Source of the DNA: the human T2T-CHM13v2.0 reference genome, Homo sapiens
Strand: one strand, 5' to 3'
NCBI RefSeq assembly: GCF_009914755.1
Contig: NC_060948.1
DNA: 64,000 nt
Made by a program: the position numbers and the translations under genes. Positions within the stretch are counted from its first letter, which is position 1; each line of letters begins with the position of its first letter. Of the stretch, positions 43,872-56,100 are shown piece after piece. Below the pieces are notes generated by a model. It searched no databases, had not been told where the DNA came from, and was given only the letters and a program-made list of their open reading frames with translations.

Positions 43872-44520
43872 GGAATCAGATGTAACGGAATGGAAGGGAA
43901 TGGAGTTGAATGGAATAGAACCAACAGTAATGGCTTCGAATGGAATTGAATGGAATGGAATCGAATGGAATGAAATCTACTGGAATGGCAACTAATGGAA
44001 TGAAAAGGAATGGAATAGAAAGGAATGGAATGGAATGGAAAGGAATGGAATGGAATGGAATGGAATGGAATGGAATGGAATGGAATGGAATGGAATGGAG
44101 TGGAAAGGAATGGAATGGAATGGAATCAGATGTAACGGAATGGAAGGGAATGGAGTTGAATGGAATAGAACCAACAGTAATGACTTCGAATGGAATTGAA
44201 TGGAATGGAATCGAATGGAATGAAATCTACTGGAATGGCAACTAATGGAATGAAAAGGAATGGAATGGAAAGGAATGGAATGGAATGGAATGGAATGGAA
44301 TGGAATGGAATGGAATGGAATGGAATGGAATGGAATGGAATGGAAAGGTATGGAATGGAATAGAAAGGAAAGGAATGGAATGCAATGGAATCAGATGGAA
44401 CTGAATGGAAGGGAAAGGAGTTGAATGGAATAGAATCAACAGTAATGGCTTCGAATGGAATTGAATGGAATGGAATCGAATGGAATGCAATCTACTGGAA
44501 TGGCAACGAATGGAATGGAA
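43872..44520 (+). repeat. Recent tandem triplication of a ~250-265 bp segment
   Basis: CAACAGTAATG at 43922, 44172 and 44437, and TCTACTGGAATGGCAAC at 43976, 44226 and 44491. Copies 1 and 2 differ at one base over their first ~145 bp. Confidence 0.93.
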
Positions 44521-46711
44521 TGGTCCCAAATATAATTGAGTCGAGTGTAATGGACTTTAATGGAATGGACTCTAATGCAATTATATCGAATGAAATTCAT
44601 TCTAATGGAATGGAATCTAATATAACACAATAGTATTTAATGGAACTGAATGCAACTAAATCGAATGGAATGGACTGGAATGGAATGGACTGGAATGGAA
44701 GGGACTCGAATGCAATGGATTTCAATGTAATTGACTCAAACGGAATGGAATCGGATGAGAGGTAATCAAATGGAATGGAAGGCATTTCAATGGAATGGAA
44801 TAGGTTGGAATGCAATGAAATGGAACAGAGTGGAATCGAGTGGAACGGAATAGAATGGAATGGAATCGAATGGAATGGAATCAAACGGAATGGACAGGAA
44901 TGGAATGGAATCGAAGGGAATGGATTGGAACAAAATTAAATGCAATAGATTGGAATCCGATGGAACGGAATGTAATGGAAGGGAATTTAATGGACTCGAA
45001 AGGAATGTAGGCAAACGGAATGGAATCGAATGGAATGGAATAGAATGGCATGGCATTGAATGGAATCGCAAGGAATAGAATGGAATGGAGTGTAATGGAA
45101 AGATACTGAATGGCATGGAATGGTATGGAAAGTAATGGACTAGAATGGAATGGAATGGAAAGGAATGGAATCGAAAGGAATGGACTAAAATTGAGTGGAA
45201 AGGAACGAAATTGAATGGAAGGAAATGCAAAGGAATAGAAAGGAATGGAAGGGAATGGAGTTGGATAGAACGGAATGGAATGGAATTGAGTCGAGTGGAA
45301 TAGAATCAAATGGAATAGATACGAATGGTATGGCATCGAAAGGAATGGAATGGAATGGCCCCAAATGCAATGGACTCGAATGGCTTGGAGTCAAATAGAA
45401 TGGACTAGAAAGGAATGATCTAGAATGGAATTGACTCGAATAGAATGGAATCGAATGTAATGCAATAGTATGGAATGGAATCAAATGAAATGGAATTGAA
45501 TGGAATGGACTCGAATGTAATGGATTGTAATGTAATTGAGTTGAATGGAATAGAATCGCATGGATTGTAATAAATTGAATGGAATGGAATGGAATGGAAT
45601 GCAATGGAATGGAATAGATTGGAATGCAATAGAACGGAATGGAGTGGAATCGAGTTAAATGGAATCGAATGGAATGGAATCGAATGTAATGAACTGGAAG
45701 GAAATGGACTCGAATGGAATGGACTGGAAAAAAAAATGGAATTGAACGGGTTGGAATGGAATGGAACGGAATGGAATGGAATGCAATGCTCTCGATTGGA
45801 ATGGAGTCAAATGGAATGGAATGGAATGGAATGGAATGGAATGGAATGGAATGGAATGGAATGGAATGGAATGGAATCAAATGGAATAGAATAGAATGGA
45901 GTGTAATGGAAAGATATCGAATGGAATGGAATAGACTCGAATGGAATGAACACAAATGGAATGTACTCAAATGGAATGTACTGGAGTGGAATGGACTCGA
46001 ATGTCATGGAAACAAATGGAGTGCAATGGAAAGAAATGGAATGGAAAGGTATAGAATGGAAGGGAATCAGATGAAATGGAATGGAATGGAATTGATTTTA
46101 ATGGAATAATGTCGAATGGAATGGCATCAAAAGGAAAGGAAAGGAACAAAACGGAATGGACACAAATGTAATGGACTCGAATGGAATGGACTCAAATATA
46201 ATGGATTCATTAAATATGGTCTCGAATGGAATTTATTCGAACAGAATGGAATTGAATGATATGGACTGGAATGGAATGTATTGTAATGGAATGGACAGGA
46301 GAGGAATGGAATAAAATTGAATGGAAAACAATAGAATGGAATGGAATGGAATGGAAATAAATAAAATGGAATGGAATTGGATGGAACGGAATGGAATGGA
46401 ATGGAATAGAATCGAATGGAATGGAATCAAAAGGAATGGAATGCAATGGAATTGGATTGAACAGAATGGTGTGGAAAAGAATCGAATGGAATATATTTGA
46501 ATAAAAGTGAATGGAATGAATGGAATGGAATGGAATGGAATGGAATGGAATGGAATGGAATGGAATGGAATGGACTCGAATGGAATGGATTAAAATGGAA
46601 TAGAACAGAATGGAATGGCATCGAATGGAATGGAATGAAATGGAATGGAATGGAATGGACCCAAAAGTAATGGAATCGAATATAAATGAATCAAATAGAA
46701 TGGACTCGAAA

Positions 46712-46726
46712 GGAATGTTCTCGAAT
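46712..46726. promoter_or_regulatory. Perfect three-unit heat shock element motif
   Basis: gGAAtgTTCtcGAAt, created by a G>T change in the unit landmark GGAATGGTCTCGAAT. Motif match only. Confidence 0.4.
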
Positions 46727-47066
46727 GGAATTTGTTCGAATAGAATGGAATCGAATGGAATGCAATAGTATGGAATGGAATCGAATGGAATGGAATCGAA
46801 TGGAATGGACCAGAATGGATTCCAATGGAATAGAACGGACTCGAATGTAATGGATTGCAATGCAGTTGATTTGAATGGAATGGAATTGAATGGAATGTAA
46901 TCAAATGGAATGGAACGATATGCAATTGAATGGAATAGAATGGAAGGCAATGGAATGGAACGGAGTGGAATTGAGTGGAATCAAATCGAATGGAATGGAA
47001 TGGAAGGGAATGGACCCAAATGTAATAGACTAGAATGGAATGGAGTCAAATGGAATGGAATCGAAA

Positions 47067-47081
47067 GGAATGTTCTCGAAT
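47067..47081. promoter_or_regulatory. Perfect three-unit heat shock element motif (duplicate of 46712)
   Basis: gGAAtgTTCtcGAAt in the 355-bp duplicate. Motif match only. Confidence 0.4.
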
Positions 47082-47699
47082 GGAATTTGTTCGAACAGAA
47101 TGGAATCGACTGAAATGTAATAGTATGGAATTCAACCGAATGAAATGTAAACGAATGGAATGGACTGGAATAGAACGGACGCCAATGTAATGGATTGCAA
47201 TGTTATTTATTCGAATGGAATGGATTCGAATGTATTATAGTCTAATGGAATGGAATGGAATGCAATGGAATGGAATAGAATGGAATGGACTGGAATAAAA
47301 TGCAATAGAACAGATTGGAATCGAAAAGAACGGGATAGAATGGAATGGAATGAACTCGAATTGAATACAGTCGAATGGAATGGAATTGATTGGAATGGAA
47401 TCATTTGGAAAGGATTTGAATGGAATCAAAAGAATAGAATGGAATGGAGTATAATGGAAAGATATCAAATGGAATGGAATGGAATGGAATGGAATGGACT
47501 CAAATGGAATGGAATGGAATGGCAAGGACTCGAATGGAATGTACTAGAGAGGAGTGTAATGGAAAAGAATGGCATGGAATGGAATGGAATGGATTAGAAT
47601 GGAATGGAATCGGATGGAACAGAATGGAATGGAATGGATTGGAATGGAATCGAATGAAATGGACTCAAATGGAAGAGAATCAAATGTAATGGCAACCAG

Positions 47700-50600
47700 T
47701 GGAATGGAATGGAATGGACCCAAATGTAATGGACTCGAATGGAATAGACTCAAATAGCATTGATTCTAAAGGAATGGTCTCCAATGGAATGTATTCGAAT
47801 AGAATGGAATCGAATAGAATGCAATATTATGGAATGGAATCGAATAGAACGGAATCGAATGGAATGGATTGGAATAGATGGACTCGAACGTAATGGATAG
47901 CAATGCTATTGATTTGTAAGGAATGGAATCAAATGGAGTGGTATGCTATTTAATGGAATCGAATGGAATGCAATGGAATGGAATGGAGTGGAATCGAGTT
48001 GAATGGAATCGAATGTAAGGGAATTGAATGGATTGGAATGGAATGGCCTGGAACAAAAGGGAATTGAACGGATTGGAGTCGAACTGAACGTAATGGAATT
48101 TAATGGAGTGGAATGGAATGGACTCGAATGGAATGGAGTCAAAGGGAATGGAACCGAATGGAATCAAATGGAATGTAAACAAATGGAAAGTAATGGAAGG
48201 CAATGGAATGGAATAGAATGGAATGCAATGGAAAGGAACGGAGTGGAATCGAGTGGAATTGAATCGAAAGGAATAGAATTGAATGTAATGGCCAAGAATG
48301 GAATGGACTTGGGACAAAATGGAATTCAACGGATTGGAATCAAACAGAACGGAATGAAATGGAATGGAACGGAAAGGACTCGAATAGAATGGAATCAAAT
48401 GGAAAGCAATTGAATGGTATGGAATCAAATGCAATGGAACTGAGTGGAATAGAATTGAAAGCAATGGAAGGCAATGGAAAGATATCGAATGGAATGTAAT
48501 GGAATGGACTCGAATACAATGGACTGGAATGGAATGGACTCGAATTGAATTGACTGGAGTGGAATGGACTCAAATGGAATGAAATGGACAGGAATATAAT
48601 GGAATGGATCGGATGGAAGGGATTGGAATATAATGGAGTCAAATGGAATAGAATCGAATGGAATGGCATGAAATGGAACGGAACGGAATGGAATGGAATG
48701 GACTTGAAAGGAATGGATTCTCATGGAATACAGTCGAATGGAATGGCATCGAATGGAATGGATTGTAATTTCTTGAAATGGAATGCACCTAAATGTAGTG
48801 GACACAAATGGAATGGACTCAAATAGAATGGATTCGCAAGGAATGGGCTCGAATGGAATTCGTTCGAGTAGAATCAAATCGAAGGCAATGCAATAGTATT
48901 GAATGGAATCGAATGGAATTCAATAGAATGGAATGGACAGGAATGGAATGGATTGGAATAGAGTGGATACGAATGTAATTAATTGCAATATAATAGATTC
49001 GAATGGAATGCAATAGAATGGATTCTAATCAAATAGAATGGAATATAATGCAATGGAATAGAATAGAATTGAATGCAAAGGAATGTAACAGTGCAGAATC
49101 AAGAGGATTGGAATCCTATGGAATAGAATCAATTAGAATGGAATAGAATTGAATGGACTGGAATGGAATGGACTGGAAAAAATGGAATTGAATGGATTGG
49201 AATAGAAAGGAACGGAATGGAATGGAATGGAATGGAATGGAATGGAATGGAATGGACTCGAAGGGAACGGATTGCAATCGAGTGGAATGGAATCCAATGG
49301 AATAGAATCCAATGGAATGGAATCCAATGGAATGGACTGGAATGGCATAGACTCGAATGGAACGGAAAGGAACAAAATGGAATTGAATGGATTGGAATAG
49401 AAAGGAATGGAATGGAATGCAAAGGAATGGAATGGAATGGAGCAGAATGGAATGAAATGGAATGGAATGGAATGGAATGGAATGGAATGGAATGGAATGG
49501 ATCCAAATGTAATGGAGTCGAATGGAATGGACTCAAATAGAATGGACTCAAAAGAATTGGTCTCCAATGCAATTTATTTGAATACAACGGAATCGAATTC
49601 AATGCAATAGTATGGAAAGGAATCAAATGTAATGGAATCAAATGGAATGGATCTGAATGAAATGGACTGGAATCAAACGGTCATGAATGTAATGGATTGC
49701 AAAGTAATTGTTACGAATGGAATGGAACCTTATGTTATGGACTAGAATAGAATAGACTGGAATAGAACGGACTCGAATATAATGGATTGTAATGTAATTG
49801 ATTCAAAAGTAATGTAATAAAATGGAATGAAATGGAAATCAATGGAATGGAAAAGAATGGAATGAAATGGAATGGAATGGATTGGAATTCAGTGGAATGG
49901 AATCGAATGGAATGGAATTGAATGGATTTCACTGGAATGGAATGGACTCGAATAGAATTTACGGGAACAAAAAGGAATCGAACGGATTGGAATCAAATGG
50001 AACGGAATAGAATGGAATGGGATGGAATCTAATGGAATGGAGTCGAATAGAATGGAAAGAAATGGAAGGGAATAAAATGGAATCTAATTGAATGGAATCA
50101 AAAAGAATAGAATGGAATGGAGTGTGAAGGAGAGATATTGAATGGAATGAAACGTAACAAAATGGAATCGAATTGAATGGAATCAAATGGAATGAAGTCG
50201 AATGAAATGGACTGGAAAGGAATGTATTCGAATGGAATGGAATGGAAAAAAATGAAATCGAACGAATTGGTGTCGAACTGAATGGAATGGAAAGGAAAGG
50301 GGTGGAATGGAATGGATTCGCATTGAATGGATTCAAATGGAATGGATTCAAATGGAATGGAATTGAATAGAATTGAATTGAAAGAAATAGAGTGGAATGG
50401 AGTGGAATGGAAAGATATCAAATGGAAATGGATGGAAGAGAATGGACTCAAATGGAATGGATTGGAATGGAATGGACCATAATGTCATGGACTGGAGTGG
50501 AATGGACTCGAATGGAATGGAAACGAAAGGAATGGAATGGAATGGAATGGAATGGAATGGAATGGAATGGAATGGAATGGAATGGAATGGAATGGAATGG

Positions 50601-51050
50601 AATGGAATTGGATGGAATGGTGTTGCACGGAATGGAATCGAATGGAATGCCATCGAATGGAATGGAAAGGAATGGACTCGAATGCAATGGAAATGAATTG
50701 AATGGAATGGAATGGAAAGGAATGGAATGGAAAGGAAAGAATAGAATGGAATGGAATGGAATCGGATGGAATGGAATGGAATGGAGTCAAAAGGAATAAA
50801 ATCGCATGGAATGGCATGGAATGGAATGGAATGGAATGGAATGGAATGGAATAGAAATGACTCAAATGGAATGGACTCGAATGGAATAGAATCAAATGGA
50901 ATGGACTGGCATGGAATGGACTGAAAAAATAATGGAATTGAATGCAATGGATTGCAAAGTAATTGATTCAAATGGAATGGAATCAAATGGAATGTAATCA
51001 ACTGGAATGGAATGCAATGCAATGGAATGGAATGGAATGCAATGTAATGG
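47700..51050 (+). repeat. Copy 1 of a multi-unit duplication (paralog at ~52400-56100)
   Basis: Rare variants shared colinearly with copy 2: GGTATGC 47940/52594, GTCGAACTGA ~48078/~52748, GGACTTGGG 48305/52979, TCTCATGGAATA 48719/53449, GATTCTAATCAAA 49021/53731, AAAGAATTGGTCTCCAATG ~49551/~54567, AACGAATTGG 50261/55291. Confidence 0.85.
50529..50608 (+). repeat. Longest perfect (GGAAT)n tract found (16 copies)
   Basis: 80 bp of uninterrupted GGAAT. Other long perfect tracts: 44272-44341 (14 copies), 8983-9047 (13), 42980-43039, 56560-56619 and 58757-58816 (12 each). Confidence 0.8.
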
Positions 51051-52399
51051 AATTGAATGGAATAGAATTTAATGGAATGGTTTTGAATGGAATGGAGTGG
51101 AATGAAATGGAATAGAATGCACACAAATGTAATGGACTCTAATGAAATTGAATCAAATACAATGAACTGGAAAGGAATGGTATCGAATGGAATTTATTTG
51201 AATAGAAAGCAATCAAAAGGAAGGCAATAGTATGGAATGGAATAGAATGGAATGGAATGGAATGGAATGTACCTGAATGGAATGGACTGGAATAGAATGG
51301 ACTCGAATGTAATGGGTTGCAATGTAATTGATTCGAATGGAATGGAATCAAATGGAATGTAAACAAATGGAATTGAATGGAATCCAGTGGAATGGAATAG
51401 AATGAAATTCAATGGAATGGAACAGAGAGGAATCGAGTGGAATGGATTCGAATGGAATGGAATCAAATGGAATGGACTTCAATGTAATGCAGACGAATGG
51501 AATGGAATCAAATGGAATGCAATCCAATAGAATGGAATTGAATGTAATCAAAAGGAATAGAATGGAATAGAGTGTAATGGAAAGATATCGAATGGAATGT
51601 AATGGAATGGAATCAAATGGAATGGACTGGAATGGAATGGACAAGAATGGAATGGACTGGAATGGAATGGACGGAAATGGAATCGAAACGAATGGTGTGG
51701 AATGGAACTGAAAGTAATAGAATATAATGGAATCGGATGTAACAGAATGGAATTGAATGGAGTCGAATGGAATACAATATAATGGAATGGCTTTGAATGG
51801 AATGGAAAGGAATGGAATGGAAGGGACTCAAATGGAATGGACTCGAATGGATTAGAATAGACTGGAATGGTATTGAATGGAATCGAATGGAATGGAATTG
51901 ACCCAAATGTAATAGACTTGAAAGGAATGGAATCAAATAGAATGGACTCAAAAGCAATGGTCACAAATGGAATTTATTTGAATAGAATGGAATCGAATGG
52001 AATGCAAGAGTTTTTAATGGAAACGAATGGAATATACTGCAATGGAATGCACTGGAATATAAAGGACTAGAATGTAATGGACTGCAATGTATTTGATTCG
52101 AAAGGAATGGAATAGAAAGGAATGTAATCAAATGGAATTTAATGGAATGCAATTGAATGGAATAGAGAGGAATGTAATGGAATGGAACAGCATGGAATCG
52201 AGTTTAAGGGAATCGAATGGAATGGAATCGAATGGAATGGAATCAAATGGAATGGAATGGAATGGAATGGAATCAATTCGAATGGAATGGAATGGAATGG
52301 AATGGAATGGAATGGAATGGAATGGAATGGAATCAACTGGAATGGAATAGAATGGAATGGAACGGAAAGGACCCAAACGTAATGGACTCGAATGGAATA

Positions 52400-55300
52400 G
52401 ACGTAAATATAATTGACTCGAAATGAATGTTCTCCAAAGTAATTTATTCAAATAGTATGGAATCGAATGGAATGCAATAGTATGGAATGGAATCAAATGG
52501 AATGGACAGGAATGGAATGGATTGGAATAGAATGGACTCGAAAGTAATGGATTGCAATGGTGTTGAATTGAATGGAATGGAATCAAATGGAATGGTATGC
52601 AATTTAATGTAATAGAATGGGATTCAATGGAATGAAGTGGAATCGAGTTGAATGGAATCCAGTAGAAGGGAATCGAATGGATTGGACTGGAATGGAATGG
52701 TCTCGAATGAAATGTACTGGAACAAAACGGAATCGAACGGATTGGGGTCGAACTGAATGGAATGGAATTTAATAGAATGGAATGGAATGGACTGGAATAG
52801 AATGGAATTACCTGGAATGGAACCGAATGGAATCGAATGGAATGTAATGAAATGGAAAATAGTGAAAGGCAATGGAATGGAAAGGAATAGAATGGAATGC
52901 AATGGAATGAAATGGAGTGGAATCGAGTGGAATAGAATCGAATGGAATGGAATCGAATGTATTGGAATCGAATGGAATGGACTTGGGAAAAAATGGAAGC
53001 GAACGGATTAGAATCAAACAGAATGGAATGAAATTGAATGGAATGGAAAGGACTCGAATGGAATGGAGTCAAATGTAATGAAAATGAATGGTATGGAATT
53101 GATTGCAATGGAATTGAGTGGAATGGATTTGAATGCAATGGAGTTTAATGGAAAGATATCAAATGGAATGAAATGGAATGGACTCTCATTTAATTGACTG
53201 GAGTGGAATGGAATCGAATGGAATGGACTGGGGAGGAATGGACTCCAATGGAATGGAAATGAATGGAATGGAATGGACAGGAATATAGTGGAATAGAATC
53301 GGATGGAACAGAATGGAATGTAAGGGAGTCGAATGCAATAGAATCGAATACAATGGCATCAAATGGAATGGAATGGAATGGAATGGAATGAAATGGAATG
53401 GAATGGAATGGAATGGAATGGAATGGTTTGGACTTGAAAGGAATGCATTCTCATGGAATATATTCGAATGGAATGGCCTCGAACGGAATGGAATGGCATG
53501 GAATGGAATGGACCCAAATGTAGTGGAAACAAAAGGAATGGACTCAAATAGAATGGACTCGAAAGGAATGGGCTGGAATGGAATTCATTCGAGTAGAATG
53601 GAATCGAAGGGAATGCAATAGTATTGAATGGAATCGAATGGAATGGACCGGAATGGAATGGACTGGAATAGATCGGATAAGAATGTAATGGATTGCAATG
53701 TAATAGATTTGAATGGAATGGAAAAGAATGGATTCTAATCAAAAGGAATGGAATATGATGAACTGGAATGGAATAGAGTGGAATGCAATGGAATGGAACA
53801 GAGTAGAATCGAGAGGATTGGAATCCAATGGAATGAAATCAAATGGAATGGAATCGAATGGAATGGACTGGAACAAAATGGAATTGAATTGACTGGAATT
53901 GAAAGGAACGGAATGGAATGCAATGGAATTTAATGGATTGCACTCGAATGGAATGAAGTGGAATCGAGTGGAATGGAATCCAATGGAATGGAATTGAATG
54001 GAATGGACTGGAATGGAATAGACTCGAATGGAATGGAATGGAACAAAATCGAATTGAAAGGATTGGAATTGAAAGGAATGGAATGCAATGGAATGGAATG
54101 GACTCCAATCGAATGGAGTCAAATAGAATGGAATCGAATGGAAAGGAATTGAATAGAATGGAATTGAATGGAATCAAAAGGTATAGAATGGAATGGAGCG
54201 TAATGGAAAGAGATCGTCTGGATTGGAATGGAATAGAACGGACATGAGAGGAATGGACTGGAATGGAATGGACTCGAATGGAATGCACTGGAGTGGAATG
54301 GACACGAATGTAACGGAAACGAATAGAATGTAATTTAATGGAAAGTAACAGAATGGAAACAAATCAGATGGAACGAAATGGAATGGAATGGAGTAGAATG
54401 GAATACAATCGATTGGAATGGCTTCGAATGAGATGTAATCTAATGGAATGGACTCGAATGGTGTGTACTCAAATGGAATAGAATGGAATGGAATGACATT
54501 GAATGGAATGGAATGGACCCAAATGTAATGGAAATGAATGGAATGGAATAAAATAGAATGGACTCAAAAGAATTGGTCTCCAATGGAATTTATTTGAATA
54601 GAATGTAATCGAATGGAATGCAATAGTATGGAATGGAATCGAATGTAATGGAATCAAATGGAATTGACTGGAATGTAATGGACTGGAATAAAACTCACTC
54701 GAATTTAATGGATTGCAAAGTAATTGCTACAAATGGAATAGAATCGAATGGAATGGACGAAAATAGAATGGACTGGAATACAACGGACTCGAATCTAATA
54801 GATTGTAATGTAAGTGATTCGAATGGAATGGAATAGAATGGAATGTAATCAAATGGAATGAAATGGAATTCAATGGAATGGAACAGAATGGAATGAAATG
54901 GAATGGAATGGAGTGCAATTGAGTGGAATGCAATAGAATGGAATGGAATCAAATGGATTTGACTGGAATGGAATGGAGTCGAATGGAGTGGACTGGAACA
55001 AAATGGAATCGAAAGGATTGTAAATCAATGGTATGGAATGGAATGGAAAGAATTGGACTCTAACGGAATGGAGTCAAATGGAATGAAATGAAATGGAAGG
55101 GAAAAAAATGAAATGGAATTGAATGGAATCGAAAAGAATAGTGGAATGGAGAGCAATGGAAAGATATCGAATGGAATGAAATGGAAAAAAAATGGAATCA
55201 AATGGAATGGAATCGAGAGGAATGGATTCGAATGAAATGGACTGGAAAGGGAGGTACTCGAATGGAATGGAATGGAACAAAATGGAATGGAACGAATTGG

Positions 55301-56100
55301 AGTTGAACTGAATTGAATGGAATGGAAAAGAGTGGAATGTAAGGGATTCGAATTGAATGGATTCGAATGGAATGGAATCAAAAGGAATGGAATCGAATAG
55401 AATGGAAATGAATGGAATCAAAAGAAATAGAATGGAATGGAGTGTAATGGAAAGATATCGAAAGGAATCATATAAAACGGAATGGACTCGAATGGAACAG
55501 ATTGGAATGGAATGGATTCTAATGGCATGGATTGGAGCGGATTGGACTTGAATGGAATGGAAGGGAAAGGAATGGAATGGAATGGCATGAAATGGAATAG
55601 AATGGAATGGAATTGGATGGAACGGAATAGAATGGAATAGAGTTGAATTTAATACAATCGAATGGAAAGGCCTCGAATGGAATAGAATGGACTCGAATGC
55701 AATGGAAACAAATTGAATGGAATGGAATGGAATTGAAAGGAATGGAATGGAAAGGAAAGAGTAGAATGGAATGGAATGCAAACGGATGGAATGGAATGGA
55801 ATGGAATGGAATGGAATGGAATGGAATGGAATGCAATGGAATGGAATCTAAAGGAAAGAACCGCCTAGAATGGCATGGAATGGAATGCAATGAAATCTAA
55901 TAGAAATAACTCGAATGGAATAGAATTAAATGGAATGGAATGGAATGGAATGCATTGGAAAAGAATGGAATCAAATTTAATGGATTGAAATGTAATTGAT
56001 TCGAATAGAATGGAATGTAACCAAAGGGAATGGAATAGAATGTAACCAAATGGAATGGAATGGAATGCAATGGAATGGAATAGAATGAAATGCAATGGAA
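52400..56100 (+). repeat. Copy 2 of the multi-unit duplication (offset ~4.65-5.0 kb from copy 1)
   Basis: Carries the same ordered set of rare variants as 47700-51050. The offset grows from about 4650 to about 5030 bp through internal indels. Boundaries are approximate. Confidence 0.85.

Larger units (their letters stand above)
46640..47300 (+). repeat. Local 355-bp duplication of the landmark module
   Basis: The double variant TGTTCTCGAATGGAATTTGTTCGAA occurs at 46716 and 47071. The consensus is GGTCTC...TTTATTC. Confidence 0.8.

Noticed and set aside
55855-55875. Odd GC-rich patch AACCGCCTAG, and CCTTG patches near 22811 and 63902
   Set aside because: Under 10 bp of non-satellite sequence, explained by clustered substitutions or a small junction. 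Too short to call an insertion.
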